Shown here: in pieces, positions 22,602 through 24,453 of the stretch | How the letters are laid out: each line of letters starts with the position of its first letter | How positions within the stretch are numbered: the stretch's first letter is position 1 | Origin: a virus | Taxonomy: Duplodnaviria > Caudoviricetes | IMG/VR virus record: IMGVR_UViG_3300024255_000158 | Span: 1-24,453 of that record | Strand: one strand, 5' to 3' | Length of the DNA stretch: 24,453 nucleotides | Translations under genes and position numbers: made by a program | The notes under the pieces: generated by a model | The model's input: the letters and a program-made list of their open reading frames with translations, nothing else | The model's database searches: none | What the model was told of the DNA's origin: nothing

Positions 22602-24453
22602 TACAGGTAGTACTCCTAACAAAGGTGACGGCGATCCTTTGCGTACAGCTTTTGATAAAATTAATAACAACTTCGATGAATTGTATGCAGGGCAAAATAC
22701 AGACCCAAGCAATACAGCAGCAGATCTTATACCAGATGCTGACGGCACACGTTCTTTAGGCAGTGAAGACAAGCGTTGGGAAGATGTATATGTAAAAGAC
22801 TTTATATACCTTAACCAAAACAGGATTGAACTTACTGCTAATGGTACACTGTTAATTAACGGTGGTCCACCTGCAGAAAGACAAGATACTACTGGTAGTG
22901 TTTTTGCAGATGACTCGAGTGTAATGGTAGATGGCATTGCAGGCAAAGTAGTTGGTCCTGTTGATACTACAACTGTAGATGCAAATACAATTACTGCTAC
23001 TTCTATAAGTGGAGATCTTACAGGCAATGTAACTGGCAATGTAACTGGAGATATTGTAGGTAGTGTATTTGCTGATGACAGTACTTCAATGGTAGACAGT
23101 GTAGGTAAAGCAATTAACTTAGACGGAACTGTTAAAGGTAATATTATTCCTGATGCAAACGAAGCATACGATATAGGTAGCATGACACATAAGTTCCGTG
23201 ATCTGTATCTAAGTGGCAGCACGATTAACCTAGGTGGTGTTGAAATTACTAATGACGGCGGAGTAATTACTTTCGGCGGCGAAAAAGTTGTTGTAGAAGG
23301 TGGTACTGGCGATATACAAGGTAGTGTGTTCGGTGACGATTCAACACTACTAGTTGATGCAGTGAACAGCGTAATACCTAAGGCAGTAGTGCAAGATAGT
23401 ACAAATTGGGATACAGCATATGCATGGGGTGATCACGCAGCAGCAGGATACCTTGTACAAGCAGATATACTAGACGGCACATTAACAATTGATGTTAATA
23501 ACACAGGTGATTTACAAGGTAGTGTGTTTGGTGATGATAGTACTCTACTTGTAGATGCTATTAATAGTGTAATTCCAAAAGCTAACGTGGAAAGCAGTAC
23601 AGATTGGGATACAGCATTTGGCTGGGGCGATCATAGTGCAGCTGGTTATGCACCACAAGCAACAACTTATACAAAAGCAGAAGTCGATACTGCTATTTCG
23701 GCACCAAGAGATTTAAAAGGTAGTGTGTTTGCTGATGATTCAACACTATTAGTTGATGCTGTAAATAGTATAATTCCAAAAGCAAACATTGAAGATAGTG
23801 CAAATTGGGACACAGCATTTGGCTGGGGCGATCATGCAAGTGCAGGTTATGCAGATGGTACTAATGAAGCAAATTGGGATGCAGCATTTAGTTGGGGCGA
23901 TCATGCAAGTGCAGGCTATCAAGTAGCCGGCGCATCACATGACGGTGACATTAAAGGTAGTGTGTTTGGTGATGATTCAACAGTACTTGTAGATGGCAAC
24001 AATAATAAAGTTGTTGGCGATATTCAAACATCAAGTTTAAGAACAAGTGACAGTGAAATTTCACTTGGTGGTCCAACACTAGACCGCAACCAAGGAACAT
24101 CCGCAGTAGCAATTGGTGAAAATGCAGGTCAAACAGGTCAAGAGGCGTTCGCAGTAGCAGTCGGTAAATATACAGGTAATATAAGTCAAGGCACTAAAGC
24201 AGCCGCATTTGGTATTAGTGCTGGTTATAGAAATCAAGGCGAATCAGCAGTAGCAATTGGTGACGCTGCAGGTGCATTTGAACAAGGCGCCAACGCAATA
24301 GCAATTGGACACGAAGCAGGCAAAACAAGCCAAGCCGCAAACTCAATTGTAATAAACGCAACAGGTAGTGCAGTAGATAACGACAGAGCAAATAGTTTAG
24401 TAATTACACCAATTAGAAACGCAGGTGGTACACATGCATTAGAATATAATCCA
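22582..24453 (+). CDS. Tail fibre / baseplate-attached fibre protein, at least 624 aa, 3'-truncated (missing from ORF track)
   Basis: MAKQTINTGSTPNKGDGDPLRTAFDKINNNFDELY (gp9/gp10-like N-terminus); AAGGA SD; translated by hand with no stop to the window end; several repeat types. Confidence 0.88.
   Translation, partial: MAKQTINTGSTPNKGDGDPLRTAFDKINNNFDELYAGQNTDPSNTAADLIPDADGTRSLGSEDKRWEDVYVKDFIYLNQNRIELTANGTLLINGGPPAERQDTTGSVFADDSSVMVDGIAGKVVGPVDTTTVDANTITATSISGDLTGNVTGNVTGDIVGSVFADDSTSMVDSVGKAINLDGTVKGNIIPDANEAYDIGSMTHKFRDLYLSGSTINLGGVEITNDGGVITFGGEKVVVEGGTGDIQGSVFGDDSTLLVDAVNSVIPKAVVQDSTNWDTAYAWGDHAAAGYLVQADILDGTLTIDVNNTGDLQGSVFGDDSTLLVDAINSVIPKANVESSTDWDTAFGWGDHSAAGYAPQATTYTKAEVDTAISAPRDLKGSVFADDSTLLVDAVNSIIPKANIEDSANWDTAFGWGDHASAGYADGTNEANWDAAFSWGDHASAGYQVAGASHDGDIKGSVFGDDSTVLVDGNNNKVVGDIQTSSLRTSDSEISLGGPTLDRNQGTSAVAIGENAGQTGQEAFAVAVGKYTGNISQGTKAAAFGISAGYRNQGESAVAIGDAAGAFEQGANAIAIGHEAGKTSQAANSIVINATGSAVDNDRANSLVITPIRNAGGTHALEYNP
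22885..23997 (+). repeat. Fibre repeats: 6x GSVF(A/G)DDS..(L/M)VD and 4x WD(T/A)A(Y/F).WGDH..AGY
   Basis: Seen in translation. Near-identical 51-nt DNA copies at 23800-23850 and 23869-23919. Confidence 0.9.
24091..24366 (+). repeat. 16-residue QGxxAVAIGxxAG (YadA-head-like beta-roll) repeats, 5 copies plus cap
   Basis: QGTSAVAIGENAGQTG / QEAFAVAVGKYTGNIS / QGTKAAAFGISAGYRN / QGESAVAIGDAAGAFE / QGANAIAIGHEAGKTS / QAANSIVINATG. Confidence 0.85.

Noticed and set aside
22503-23222. 239-aa minus-strand ORF in the track
   Set aside because: Antisense shadow of the plus-strand fibre gene starting at 22582, which has an SD and recognisable motifs.
23300-23997. Diversity-generating retroelement TR/VR pair or CRISPR array
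   Set aside because: Repeats are in-frame protein repeats, differences are not adenine-specific, there is no reverse transcriptase, and there is no constant repeat/spacer pattern.
1-24453. Stop-codon reassignment (TAG or TGA)
   Set aside because: Genes are full length under code 11, and TAG/TGA end genes at sensible boundaries (984, 3362, 3562, 7106, 9477, 11409, 12570). Isolated cases at 5177 and 5543 are insufficient.
1-24453. tRNA, rRNA, integrase or transposase
   Set aside because: None recognised; intergenic gaps are short and accounted for.

Overview
AT-rich, almost entirely plus-strand segment of a large tailed dsDNA phage (T4-like/jumbo-type myovirus, probably aquatic; host not determinable from this window). 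1-13.6 kb is an accessory/metabolic region: metallophosphoesterase, five Fe(II)/2-oxoglutarate oxygenase-type genes, ATP-dependent DNA ligase, SWIM and other Zn-finger proteins, a membrane-protein pair, a GNGES Rossmann-type transferase, an atypical QueD/PTPS, a GT8-like glycosyltransferase, UV endonuclease UvsE and an IscA/HesB Fe-S carrier. 13.6-24.4 kb is structural: a 2935-aa virion protein and a repeat-rich tail fibre running off the window. Two promoter classes are visible: sigma70-like TTGACA-N16/17-TATAAT and T4-late-like TAAATA, several positioned to give leaderless mRNAs. Most notable observations: (1) two preQ1-class-I-like pseudoknot leaders, one before queD and one before a membrane/lysis-like gene pair; (2) four phycobiliprotein-like CxRD helical repeats, resembling the bilin-attachment segment, inside the giant virion protein. 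All family calls come from motif recognition by eye; no searches were run.
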